DNA of 64,000 nt, from positions 3,596,001 to 3,660,000 of the forward strand of contig NC_092673.1 in NCBI RefSeq assembly GCF_964355755.1. The letters are read 5' to 3'. Positions 1 to 11,800 of this stretch are shown one piece after another. This stretch comes from Antedon mediterranea. Its lineage: Eukaryota > Animalia > Echinodermata. The position numbers and the translations under genes are program-made. The notes beneath the pieces are model-generated. The model saw nothing but the letters and a program-made list of their open reading frames with translations. It was not told the origin of the DNA and did not search any database. Numbering within the stretch: the stretch's first letter is position 1; each line of letters begins with the position of its first letter.

Positions 1-1384
1 AAATTGAGGAAACGCTACCAATCTCACCTGCTAAAACGCCTATTGATTGCTAAGTAGTTACACAAATGAAAGTTGATTACTAAACACAGGTGAAACGATT
101 TCTCGAATTGGTAAACATTAAGAAAATTAATAACTTCCTCATTCAAGTCAATAAGACATTGTTTTATTGTTATTACTTGATACACGGGGTGTGGGAAAAT
201 ATCGAAATATTATTATAGTATTAACCGGGTGTTTATAACATTAGTTATTATATAAAGCCACAGTGTATTGTGTTCATCTCACATTAGTAGCCTATTTTGT
301 TGATTTCTTTGACGTTAGTAACCTATATTTGTTTGATTGGCTGAAGGACACTACTTGAGGTTTAAGTTGCAACCGGAATGTACTCTTGTTTGGGGAAGAA
401 TAAGAATGAAAAACCAAAAGCAGCAATTTAGATTGCAAAGAAAATGTTTTTATAAAAAAAAAATGTAACAATTATGTTTTGAAATGGAAATAAAAGTGAG
501 AGAACCTCACAAAAGACAAAAAAAAGATGGAAAGGGAGGTTTCCGCGAAATTGGCCTAAAAAGAAATCCCATTATTGGTAAAAGATTTAATCAGTTTCAT
601 GTAAAGGCTATATACATGTATTATTGGAAATTTTAAGAAAACACCATTTTAAAAACTGAACTACAATAGACCCTATTATGTAATAAAACAGAATGTAGGC
701 CTACAGTATTAATACGCGAGGGAAAAAAAGTGTCCTTACTTGAGTTGTTTGTTTTATTAAACTAATAAGTAATATTAATAACTTCTCATTTTTATCAGGT
801 GAAATATAGTAATCTTGTTTGAATTATCACTTAAAGAACAAACGAAACAAATAAGAAACGATCATAACACGAAGGAAATACATTTCAAGTTCCTTAAACA
901 GAGACTTTAAATCTATTTTATTAGTTTTTACGTTTGTTTAAACACATCTTAAGAAGTAATACATAACGGTATGTTTTACTAAGATAGCGCTATCTTGATT
1001 AAATGGCGGAACTTTTATAGAAATATAAATATTTTAAGTAGACGTTTAAGACATTTTATGATAACATGGATACTTTATTTATAATGAAGTTCCGGACTAA
1101 AAGTGTTTCGGATAGTACTTTTTGGAAGACGGGTTTCTTCGAATCTGAACGCATAAAAAAGACAAACGGATCATTAGGTATATACAATAGTTTCATAAAC
1201 TTGTAGCCATACAATGTCACTCATTGTCACGTCTGGAAGTCAATGAGTGTTGTTAAGTTTAACTGTTTATTTTATTTTTATACTTTTTAAAATGCGAAAT
1301 ATTTATTCGTTTTGAATTATTTTTTTAAATTTAATAATTTATTCTGTTTATTTGTGTCTACATGTTTTCATGGTTCTGATTTAG

Positions 1385-1709
1385 TATTTGTTTGTTTTGT
1401 TTGTTTTATCTTTATACTGGGTAACCTCTTCAGTCAAAGACTGATCTCCCAGAGGGCCCAGTTGGTGATCAGTGGCTGTGATGTACTAGTACACCGGGGT
1501 AACCCCCTACTCGTCTCGAAAGATGTACTAGGTTCTTTAAAGTGCTCACGAGCAAGTTGTGTACACTGGACCTACGGTTTATAGTCCTTATCCGAGAAGA
1601 CTCGTTCTACCACCAGAACCATGGAGTGAGTGAGCCTCGAACCTCTGCCGATGTTATGGCTACGTGATTACGGTTCCACTGTCTTAACCGCTCGGCCACT
1701 CACTCACCC
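1385..1709 (-). mobile_element. tRNA-derived SINE with Deu/Nin core domain, near full length
   Basis: Minus strand reads GGGTGAGTGAG-TGGCCGAGCGG (A box)...GGTTCGAGGC (B box). It continues CTTCTCGGATAAGGACTATAAACCGTAGGTCC...TTAAAGAACC...TTCGAGACGAGTAGGGGGTTACCCCGGTG, which resembles the AmnSINE1/DeuSINE core, and ends in an (AAAC)n-like tail. A second copy lies at 58770-58923. Confidence 0.8.
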
Positions 1710-1778
1710 AGATAGTACGGAGCTCTATCTGTTTATATTTTAAGAATTCGGTTATAATAAAAAAATCGGATTAGGCCC

Positions 1779-1866
1779 TCCACGGACCCACGGCAGCCAG
1801 CAGTGCAGCCCCTACCAGACCAGCACACCGGGAGACGATCCCCTACTCTTTACAAAGAGTGTACCA
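1779..1866 (-). mobile_element. Fragment of a second Deu/Nin-domain SINE subfamily
   Basis: Minus strand has GTAAAGAGTAGGGGATCGTCTCCCGGTGTGCTGG, matching the 3' half of the core, but its downstream sequence differs from the 1385-1709 copy. Confidence 0.55.
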
Positions 1867-4287
1867 ATATTGTTTAAAATGTATGTTTTACGCATGCGCA
1901 CTCTTGTCACATTAGTTTATCCACCATATGTCTAATGATGATCAAAAGTGACAATATAGATTTTAATGACCACATTGCGTGTTTCTATTATTGAAACGTA
2001 TTACGTATATGATCAAACTCCACTACGAAACCTGACTGTCCCGGGCAACAGATGCCTTATCTTATGTCATCAATCTTCACTTATCATCGATTTTCGTAGA
2101 CATGTCAGACTTAAAACTATTAAATACACACCTTTACCTGCCGCGGCGCCTTTGATCTAGGCTAAAGTTGACCCTGTGTAATTATAAGTCTTGTCGCACC
2201 TGTTGTATCAGCAATCTTATCGTTAATAATTGCATAATAGTGGTTACAATAACATTGAAAAGTATTGAAGTATATCCTAATGATATTTTGAATCAAATAA
2301 GCTGGATAATTCCCATAGAAGGGCGACTCGAGTTAGTCAATATTGACCCGCCGCTAAATAATAAGCTAACTAACCCGCCCACTAATCGAGTAAGTGTTGG
2401 AAATCGAATAGTAATACCTTGTTTTATAACATAAATTGAGAAATAATATATCAGTACAATAAGTGTATCCTCCTATTTAATAATAGTTGCCCAAAGATTA
2501 GAGCTAGGCGGGAACAAAACAAGCAGACGACATTTGCAACAATAATAGTTAACATTCAAATTAAGGTCAAAGGTCAAAGATGAACTTTAGAAATTCGACA
2601 ACATGGGTTTTTATAACCAGCATGATTCAAATGTTCATAAAACACAATGTTTACACTTTCCCCATGATCTGCACACGAAGGCACTTTTTTTGACATAGGG
2701 AACTGGACTATAACTAAAATATACTATATTTACTCTCACGATTAATTCAACATTCTAAAAAAGCAACGGGTTTCTTTTTGAATTGGAATATTATGAAGGG
2801 AATCATTGTGTGTATTTTCGGTAAAAAGTTAGGCACAAGCCATACCGTATGATTCGTAAACAGCAAATTGACCCATCAATTATAGACACGTTAAACAATG
2901 GCCTTTTATAACGTCTCATTATATAACATCCATTTTCAAAATTTGGACTATAGGCTACTGTATTATTGCTTGTGAGATGAATGTAACTATGTTGAATAAA
3001 TGTGAATTGAATATATCACTTATTGCGGTTTTTATCGGCAGTCTTTAAATCGATGTAATATGTGTCTAAATATTAATACCACGATTCTCGGTAATAGTGC
3101 ATTAACTCACTGTTTATATTTTAACTTAATAACGTCATAATATGGATCGTTTTTTGTAATACCCTAGATATCTCTGTGTTTATTTGTAGGTTATCATGCT
3201 ATACGCTAAATGTATGGATACTGTGATTACACATCCATAAACTTAATATGTCTTTGAATTAACTTCATATCTTTAAGCTCAAAGTGTATGCACATTAAAA
3301 TAGGCCAATATTGCATACGATGAATATTGGTGTCCAGGGACAGCAACTTTAGATACACTTAAGTAAGCAGTTAAACTACTCCGCTGGGGAGATACGTTTA
3401 ATGGCATCACCCACGGCAATTGGTAGACATTTTCTAGCGAAACCAAATCAATTGGATAAATCTTCGATTCACAAAGACCCCAGACTCTTATATAATACAA
3501 TCTATGTATACAATTAGCAATTGTCAAGTTATGTCTAATTACCTTGGTAACATTATGGAGTTAAAATAGTAAAGCCACGTCAACAAAAACTCTTTTTTTT
3601 CTATGAAATTAACCATGATTTTAACATTTTTAACGAGGTTATTGTCAAGTCTATCAACGTTAATACAATTGTATCTGTTATGATTTATTTCGAGAATTAA
3701 AATCAGGATGAGAGATATATTCTAGTTTTTTAAAGTAGTATAGAAGTACAAAACCAAGTTTTAGCGACAAGGTCCTCTGGGAGTTTGTAAAGTATCTAGA
3801 TATTCCGCTTTGTGCCGTGAAGCGAAGAGACCGTGTATTGGAGTACTCTCCGGCTTACAGAATCAACTGTGTGGTCTACTTTAAACCATTACTCCATGCT
3901 TAAACACAGTGCTTAAACATAAAATGACACGATATTGTAATTGACTAGGGAAATACAAAATTAGACTAAACTGCTTTCTTAGTTGCGTTATGGTCATACT
4001 AAGCAAACTAATATCGCATTCAAGAACATTCTAATGATGTGTTAAATTGACGCGACAATTACATGAAAGACACGCACTTATGTTGTCATGGTAATAGCAC
4101 ATTATTTACAATTAACTAAGATAAAAAGGGACTCGTAAATGGAGGGTGAAATTGTCATTATTACCAATTCATTTTTAGATTGTGAACGTGTTTGCTTTTA
4201 CAACTTTTTAACCTTCAACTCACTGATTGTTTACAAAAAAATGTATTTATTATACACCGTTAACTGTTTTATAACATTTACTAATAC

Positions 4288-4422
4288 CTTGTCTACACTA
4301 TCAAACTTTATGCGACAAAAAATCTGATGTGCCCATATATGGACATGATGATGTTATATCACTACCATATTTGGGCACATCACACTTTTTGTCAAACTAG
4401 TTTGGTAGTGTAGATAGAGCCT
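4288..4422. mobile_element. MITE family A (PIF/Harbinger-Tourist-like), copy 1
   Basis: TIR TGTCTACACTATCAAACT...AGTTTGGTAGTGTAGATAGAGC; internal GCCCATATATGGACATGATGATG core shared with 11 other copies. Confidence 0.85.
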
Positions 4423-6554
4423 AAAAAAAGTAATTTTTGTCCATATCTCATTTGATAATTTGAATCACACAAGTTCTGCTATTTGTTTTTATAACTATTG
4501 GGCCTATACCGGATTTTCTCATCTTCACTATTATTAAAACTATCACTTGGTGGTACATATTTTATCTCTTAAAAAGCCTTTAAAATTCGTTTAGATACAT
4601 TCGTTGTACTGGTTAATTAAAATATGAAACTTTTTGGAGAGTATATAATAAGTGTTTCTTTTCTGCGATTAGTTGTATAATATAACGTCAAATTATAGAT
4701 CGCGTATTATCGTATTATATTCTGTGTATATTATTTATAAAAATTCAACAACCTACCATACTATAGGCCTAACTATTCAAAAACAGCATAAGTTTTGAGT
4801 AGATTATTATGCAACGTACGTTTCCTTGAATCATCATATCTTTATCTCAAACTATCGTCTTAACAATGTCTTATATATTTCGGTTATGATAAATGAAGTA
4901 ATTAAAGTCAGTATATTTCGGAATGTCCTACATTATGACTTTGCCGAACTGGTTCATGTTCACCTAATGGCGAAATGAACTATAATAACCAATGCCAATC
5001 ATGAAAATCATACTATTGAATGTAAATTGCACCCATTAACTTTCAACAATCTTTAATTTCTTCTATCATATTGAATACATTAAAAAAAATATCTATTCAT
5101 TTATTTTTCAGAATAAACCAGGTGGTGAATTTGCCTGTGGTTATACAATCTACCCATGGATAATCGAGTAGGTATTTTAATTCATCAGGAAATAAACTGA
5201 TTTTTTAAAAGTAGTTTCCTAAAGGGATTTTTTTACAGTATAAAAGTAATATATAACGATAAATGTATAACGGAGCAATCCATTTTTTGTGGCTGACGAA
5301 TATAAATTGATCACAAAAGAAGTAGTAATCCTATACAAATATAGAGATACAGTTATTACAATTATGCCAGTGTATGTCACTGATGATGTGTGCGGTTTTT
5401 TGTAACAAATTCGTGCAGACAATTTACCATCTCAATTTCCAAAATAAACAATTTCGTGACTATGATTGAAATTCTGTTATGTCACAGCCAAGTAGGCCTA
5501 CCTAGCGACGAGAAATTAAATAGCAATCAATACCAATCGACACGGCTATAACCAAATAACACAACAAATTATCTGGTATATGAACAATAAAACAATCGTT
5601 GATTTGCCGGTAATCCGACAAAGCATTTGTAAGAATTCCGCCAAAATGATTCCAAATTGGGCCTGACAGCTAAAGAAATTAGATTACACAACGTAATCGA
5701 GCTTGGGTAGATGCATCAAAGTTAATAAAAAGCACTCGCTATGGGCAAAATATATAAGATTTATGCTTTTTCATTTTGTGTCTGCTGAAAAGATTTCGCT
5801 TTGGCTGATAAAATGAAATTGAGTTAGCGATATTAACGTCTATGTTTAGCAATAGTGTTTTGATTATAGAGCGAGATATACATGTTCCCATCGGCTTTTA
5901 ATTAAATGATGCTTCATCTTCTAGAGTGTTCATCTAACTCCGTGTTGCTTTCTTTGTGTCCGGCGGAAAACAGCTAAGAATTACCTTAATAAATTGAATG
6001 TGTAATCTCTATAGATTAAATTACTCCAAGATAGGCCAAATAAATCAGTTGTCTTCGACCAAACCGTGCTTTCCGGTGAATCTTCATACAATCTCAACAT
6101 ATTACTTGGTATTTACAGTGGTCATAATGAGTGACTTTCAATTTCCATTCATTTCTTTTGTTTCAAATAATACTAATGCTTCAGACAATTATTTACAAGC
6201 CTCGTTCGTTCGTCGTTCGTTTGCTTATTAGGTAGGAAGTCAGTGCATTCTCCGCCGCGTTTAGTATACAGAAATGTTGAACGATTATTTACACCCTTAA
6301 AGCAATCAAGTAATGTTTATGGCCAATCTCTAAATACTATATAACTATAACCCAAATTGAATCTATCCTAATTAAAGATGATAACGTTTAACAAACGTTC
6401 ACGCTATTAAGACGATTGCACATAAGACATTACTCTTACCTATACTCAAAATAAGGGAAGAGTGGTGTAATAAAATTTGTTTTTGTACAATAGTTAAAAC
6501 GGAAATCATTAATTGTCTTGGGTAGGCCTATAATCATTATATTATCACTTGTAT

Positions 6555-6582
6555 CAGGGAGTTGTTATATAACAACTCCCTG
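6555..6582. mobile_element. 28-bp perfect palindrome with a 7-bp direct flank (micro-MITE or transposon footprint)
   Basis: CAGGGAGTTGTTATATAACAACTCCCTG is its own reverse complement. CTTGTAT flanks it at 6548-6554 and 6583-6589. Confidence 0.6.
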
Positions 6583-6597
6583 CTTGTATCAAGATAA

Positions 6598-7540
6598 TCG
6601 TCATCACCGCCGTCTTTGTCGTCGTTGTCAAAACCACTACCGTCGTCGTTGCTACAACTACTACCGTCGTCGTTGCCACAACTACTATCGTCGTCGTTGC
6701 CACAACTACTATTGTCGTCGTTGCCACAACTACTACCGTCTTTGTTGTCACAGCCACTACCGTCGTCGTTGTCACAAACACTACCGTCGTTGTTGTCACA
6801 GCCACTACCGTCGTCGCTGTCACAACCACTACTATCGTCGTTGCCACAACTACTATCGTCGTCGTTGCCACAACTACTATTGTCGTCGTTGCCACAACTA
6901 CTATCGTCGTCGTTGCCACAGCCACTACCGTCGTCGTTGTCACAGCCACTACCGTCGTCGTTGTCACAGCCACTACCGTCGTCGTTGCCACAACTACTAC
7001 CGTCTTTGTTGTCACAGTCACTACCGTCGTCGTTGTCACAAACACTACCGTCGTCGCTGTCACAACCACTACTATCGTCGTTGCCACAACCACTACCGTC
7101 GTCGTTGTCACAACCACTACTATCGTCGTTGCCACAACTACCATCGTCGTTGCCACAACTACCATCGTCGTCGTTGCCACAACCACTACTATCGTCGCTG
7201 TCACAACTACTATCGTCGTTGTTGCCACAACCACTACCGTCGTCGCTGTCACAACCACTACTATCATCGTTGCCACAACTACTATCGTCGTCGTTGCCAC
7301 AACCACTACCGTCGTCGTTGTCACAGCCACTACCGTCGTCGCTGTCACAACTACTATCGTCGTCGTTGCCACAACCACTACCGTCATCGTTGTCACAAAC
7401 ACTACCGTCGTCGTTGTCACAACCACTACCGTCGTCGTTGCCAGAACCACTATCGTCGTCGTCGCCGTCGCCGCTGTCACTACCGTCACCACCAATGTCA
7501 TCATACACGCAACCAGTATCGTCGTCGTTGCCGACGTCCG
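6598..7540. repeat. Minisatellite of 21/24-bp units (CCACTACCGTCGTCGTTGTCACAA and variants), about 40 copies
   Basis: Tandem repetition is directly visible. It produces four overlapping low-complexity ORFs in the track. Confidence 0.95.
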
Positions 7541-8280
7541 AAACAATCATAGCATGCATTTCTCGTGTCGCCACCCTCCAATGCCTAAACTTTGAATAAA
7601 TTGTGTGTAAAAAGTTGTTCGAAATTCCATTAATGGGATAAAAATAATTCAAGTTTATGAGGAGTGTGCCATCGCTATAGCCGATCTAGATGATTCAATT
7701 CAATTCATTTATTGGTCTTATTTATAAACAAATAAAAATATGTTTGTATACACTGCAGTTAAAATACATCAACAATGTTAAAAACAATTTTTTTTTAAAG
7801 TACAGACAATTAAAAGTTATAACAAAAAAAATTGTAAATACGATAAAAAAAACTTGGCAAAATGTTAAAATTATACATCAAATCCAATCCTTATAATTGA
7901 ATTCTTAGTAATTTTAATCTTAGACTGAAGTTTGCGCAAAGACCTGTACGCGTGCGTACATGTGATTTAGTCATTACTTAATCCGGTCTTTAAAACAATT
8001 AGTGTGTGAGTATAATACATGTACATTTTAGCCATCCATTTAACGATTCGTAGATTGAAAGCAATCAATTTGATTTGACGAAATCAATTAACTATAACTC
8101 ATATAAAGTTATCTGTCTTTAATCCGAATTGAACTTTTCTCAGTTTCATATCATGTAACAAAATTCGCATGTTGAATCGAGCAATATCATTTAGAAAGAT
8201 CTACGAGTCTTTGGTTACAATATACACATACTTCGAACTAATAATATGATCAAGTATTACACGCATAATTGAAAAACCAA

Positions 8281-8450
8281 TAAGTAAACAGACATGTAAA
8301 TTATATGGTTGTGACAACTTTTGTCGACCAATCACGGACTTGGATGAAAGTCAACCACTGAGAGAAGGCGTGGAAATGATTGATGACGTCACATTGTGAT
8401 TTATGGTATCAATTTGTCATGTACTTAAGAAAAAAGGTATTTCTATATAC
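8281..8450 (+). promoter_or_regulatory. Putative Nkx6 proximal promoter
   Basis: Clustered motifs 300-450 bp upstream of the ATG: GTAAACA (Fox, 8284), CCAAT (8328), GGCGTGG (8367), TGATTGAT (8377), TGACGTCA (CRE, 8384), TGATTTATGG (Pbx-Hox, 8397), CTATATA (about 8443). Confidence 0.5.
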
Positions 8451-8739
8451 ACGAAGATACTAATACAAACAGAGTTTCTACTATTGTGTCTTTTGCACTC
8501 ACCTTAGCAGTACACACGTCAGGAGCTTCTCTAAGTGTACTCAAGGCGCTATAATTATTCCAGTTCAAGAAGAAAAAGTTTATAGGCCTATTATGCTTAA
8601 CTTTATGAAGCAAGACGTACGAAACAACTTACTGTTTTAGGCGACCGATGCTCGAGTTTCGATATATTTCGTCAAGAAACGTCAATTAACAGGCTCTGAG
8701 GATATTTTTGAAATTGATTTTTCTAAGAAAAAGCGAATT

Positions 8740-9145
8740 ATGACAGATTCTTTATTGAACTTCCAGGCTCTTATGAACCCTTCACGATCAAGTGCATTTA
8801 TTATGAGCAATCCACAACTTGCTGCTTTACATAATATGGCAGAGAAAACACCGGGTTTAGGCTACCCCACAGGACATGTCCGTAAAGCGCTGTCGCCGTC
8901 GGCCACTCCACACGGAATCAACGATATTTTGAGTAGGCCGGAATCGGCAGGAGCATTCTTTGCAACTTCAATGGGTATTCCACGTCTGAACTCTTTTGCA
9001 TCTAGTTTTTATTTGAATCGATTAGCTAAGCCGTTAAGCGAGCTAGCAGGGCATGGAAGCCCGGGACCATCACCTTTATATTGGCATCCTGCGAGTTTAT
9101 TCCAGGCATCATCACCATGGGCAGACCGTCTAGCTTGTGCGTCAG
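8740..9145 (+). CDS. Nkx6: Nkx6 homeobox protein, coding exon 1
   Basis: Encodes SAF..SNPQLAALHNMAE, the eh1/TN motif TPHGINDILS, KPLSEL and PLYW, all typical of the NK6 N-terminus. Donor TCAG|GTATGT, phase 1. Confidence 0.93.
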
Positions 9146-11593
9146 GTATGTATACTTATTTCTCATTCAGTAAACTAAGGTATAAACTAATTTAGAAACA
9201 TTAGGGCTTGTGATGAAAAATAGTAATATATTATTAATATTGTAGGCCTATCAACATTTTACATATCAACATAGTTAGAAGCTATTGCTTTTCTTCTTTA
9301 TCGAAATGGAGGTCTCTATATCTCAATTATAAGTTAGGCCTATATGCCTGGATTATCGTATAACACACGATTATGTATCGGTCCAAACCACTTCGGTACG
9401 GCATTGAACCATATCGAATTGTTATCGAAAACAAAGGTTATCTCTTGTCCTAACCCAACGGTAAACTGACTTATTTTCACTTTACAAACAAATATTTTCG
9501 TTAAGTTAACAAATGTATACTTGTAACAATGATAATGCTTTTAATGTAGCATCAAGTGTCTTTTAGTCGTACAGGTCGTCACGACGTGTACGGTATTGAA
9601 ATAATGTCAATGGAACATAGGCCTAACATATATTTAAAATTAACGAACTCATTATGGTCTTTCAGTAGCATGATAACGTATATTTTTAAACAATCAGTGT
9701 CAGCGTTTTATAAGTAAGCCTACCCTAGTACACGTATTTCAAAGCCTGATTTTGTAGGCTGACTATTCGTAATAGTTACAACACGACTCAAAGTCGTCAG
9801 ATCGGCTGAGCATTCGTCGTGCTTACGTGTTTCGGATGTATAAACACATGCCTAGGTGTTGCATAAATTGACATTTTTGTCATAACATTCTAATTTCATA
9901 ACATTCTAATTTCAATAATATAATATTCTATTTTAAATAATTTGATTTTTCGTTGAAATCCGCACGTACTAATTCTGACATTTTGTGATAATTCTGTATT
10001 TTTTTAAATTAGCATATTAAATATGGCAATATAGATATTACTGGTTCATTTCATAAATTTTGTTGAAATATGTGGTTATAGTCACATTCCTGTATTGAAA
10101 AACGAACATAATGTAATTCATAATTAATTTTTACTCTATACTCTTATATCTCTATTATGTAATTTGATTCATTATATAACCGTATAAATTATTTATTATA
10201 ATAATTAATATTCATAATAAAATAATATTAATTATGATATTTTAAAGTTTGTGTTAAGAATATATAACACATACCATAGGTCTAATACTGAACAAAGATG
10301 CTAAAACGCATGTTCTTTAACTGCAAATAATGAACATATTTACGATCATAATTCAAGATCCAACTGATAAAATCTAAACGAATTAGAAATTAAAACGTTT
10401 TTAAATTCGTCTTTATTGTTTGAAATAACTTTCTTGATGTTATGAACATTATAATCGTTTTAGTATTGTGATGCTGTGTGGTTATTTACGACTCTTCTTT
10501 CACGTTAATAACAATTTCGTAAAGACATCTTTTGTTTGCTTTGCGCTAACATTTTATCGAGATTCCAACATCCAATAAATTATATGTAAACTTCGTATAG
10601 TAAGCCGCAATGTTTTGGATAATTATTTCGTCTTAACGTAAGCTAACCATTATTGTATAGTTCATCTGAAAACGAGGGATTTGTAAATACATTATCTGAA
10701 ACATTCAATGTACTCTCATTATTTTTCGGCATAATTGATGGTACTTATGTAATATATTCAATATAGGCAATAATATTGTATACGATTACATTCATTTCAA
10801 TAATCAATATCATTTGTTATTTAATAATTTTTATTATTAATAATAACCAATTATTTAGTTAAATATCAATCAATAGGGTAAATTGAATCGATGTGGACAT
10901 GCGTGATAAAAAATATTGGTTGTCAAAACCGCTAAATAGGCCTACGGTTACAACAACAAACTAAAAAAAGTTTTGTTTTTTATGAAGTATGATAGGCCTA
11001 AGTTAAAAATTAAAACAACGAAGTAGACTTATTTATTAAAATAAAGGTCCTAAATAAAATGCGTATACAGTACAACGAAATATATTAATAGAACATTTTA
11101 AATTATCATACCAACATACAGTATGCTCATAAACATATATCAGTTTCTAAAGAAAAGCCAAGGCGAAATGAACATTATAAAGTATTTAAATTAGGCAATT
11201 CGCCTGTGATAATTTACTATAACTAGAAATTTGTATACAGTCAGATATGTATTTCAAAACTGTGCAATGGCGATGTATTTTCTAGCTGTTATTAAACATC
11301 ATCGAATGTATTGTTAAAAATGTCTTCAGATTTAGAAAACATGCATTTTGCTGCAAACTCTTGCGCAAATTTGAAGTCATCCCACGAACTCTACTTAACG
11401 AAAATCCAAGCAAGATGATAAACTGGAATGAAATGGGAATTAATGATATCATAATGATGATGATGTTCGCAATACTTGCTTTTTAAATCCAACCAAGGCA
11501 ATATAAGATAATGCAACTGAAAATGTTAACGAACGGAAAGTGACACTACGCGTTTATTTGCATTTATATCGTAACACCTTGAAGAAACACTAG

Positions 11594-11800
11594 TTTAAAA
11601 CGCGCGTGTACAAAAGCTGTATACTATTTTAACATAATTTAGACGCGCGCGTACAAGAGCTGTACCAATTGTATCATAATTTGGACGCACGCGTACAAAA
11701 GCTGTACCAATTGTATCATCATTTAGAAGCGCGCGTACAAAAGCTGTACCAATTTATAATTTGGACGCGCGCGTACAAAAGCTGCACCATTTTATCATTA
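11594..11800. repeat. About 42-bp tandem repeat x5 (GACGCGCGCGTACAAAAGCTGTACCAATTGTATCATAATTT)
   Basis: GTACAA recurs at 11608, 11651, 11693, 11735 and 11773. Confidence 0.9.

Noticed and set aside
1640-1709. tRNA gene on the minus strand
   Set aside because: The A/B boxes belong to the SINE head. There is no proper cloverleaf, and the sequence runs directly into the SINE core.
6518-7652. Four long ORFs (327-371 aa) resembling Cys/His-rich, mucin-like or Asp-rich proteins
   Set aside because: All overlap one 21/24-bp minisatellite on both strands. Openness follows from the unit sequence, and there is no non-repetitive domain or splice context.
9146-9195. ORF-track extension of Nkx6 exon 1 (MYTYFSFSKLRYKLI)
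   Set aside because: Intron read-through past the GTATGT donor. The same applies to the 52017-52238 tail and the 57196-57222 head.
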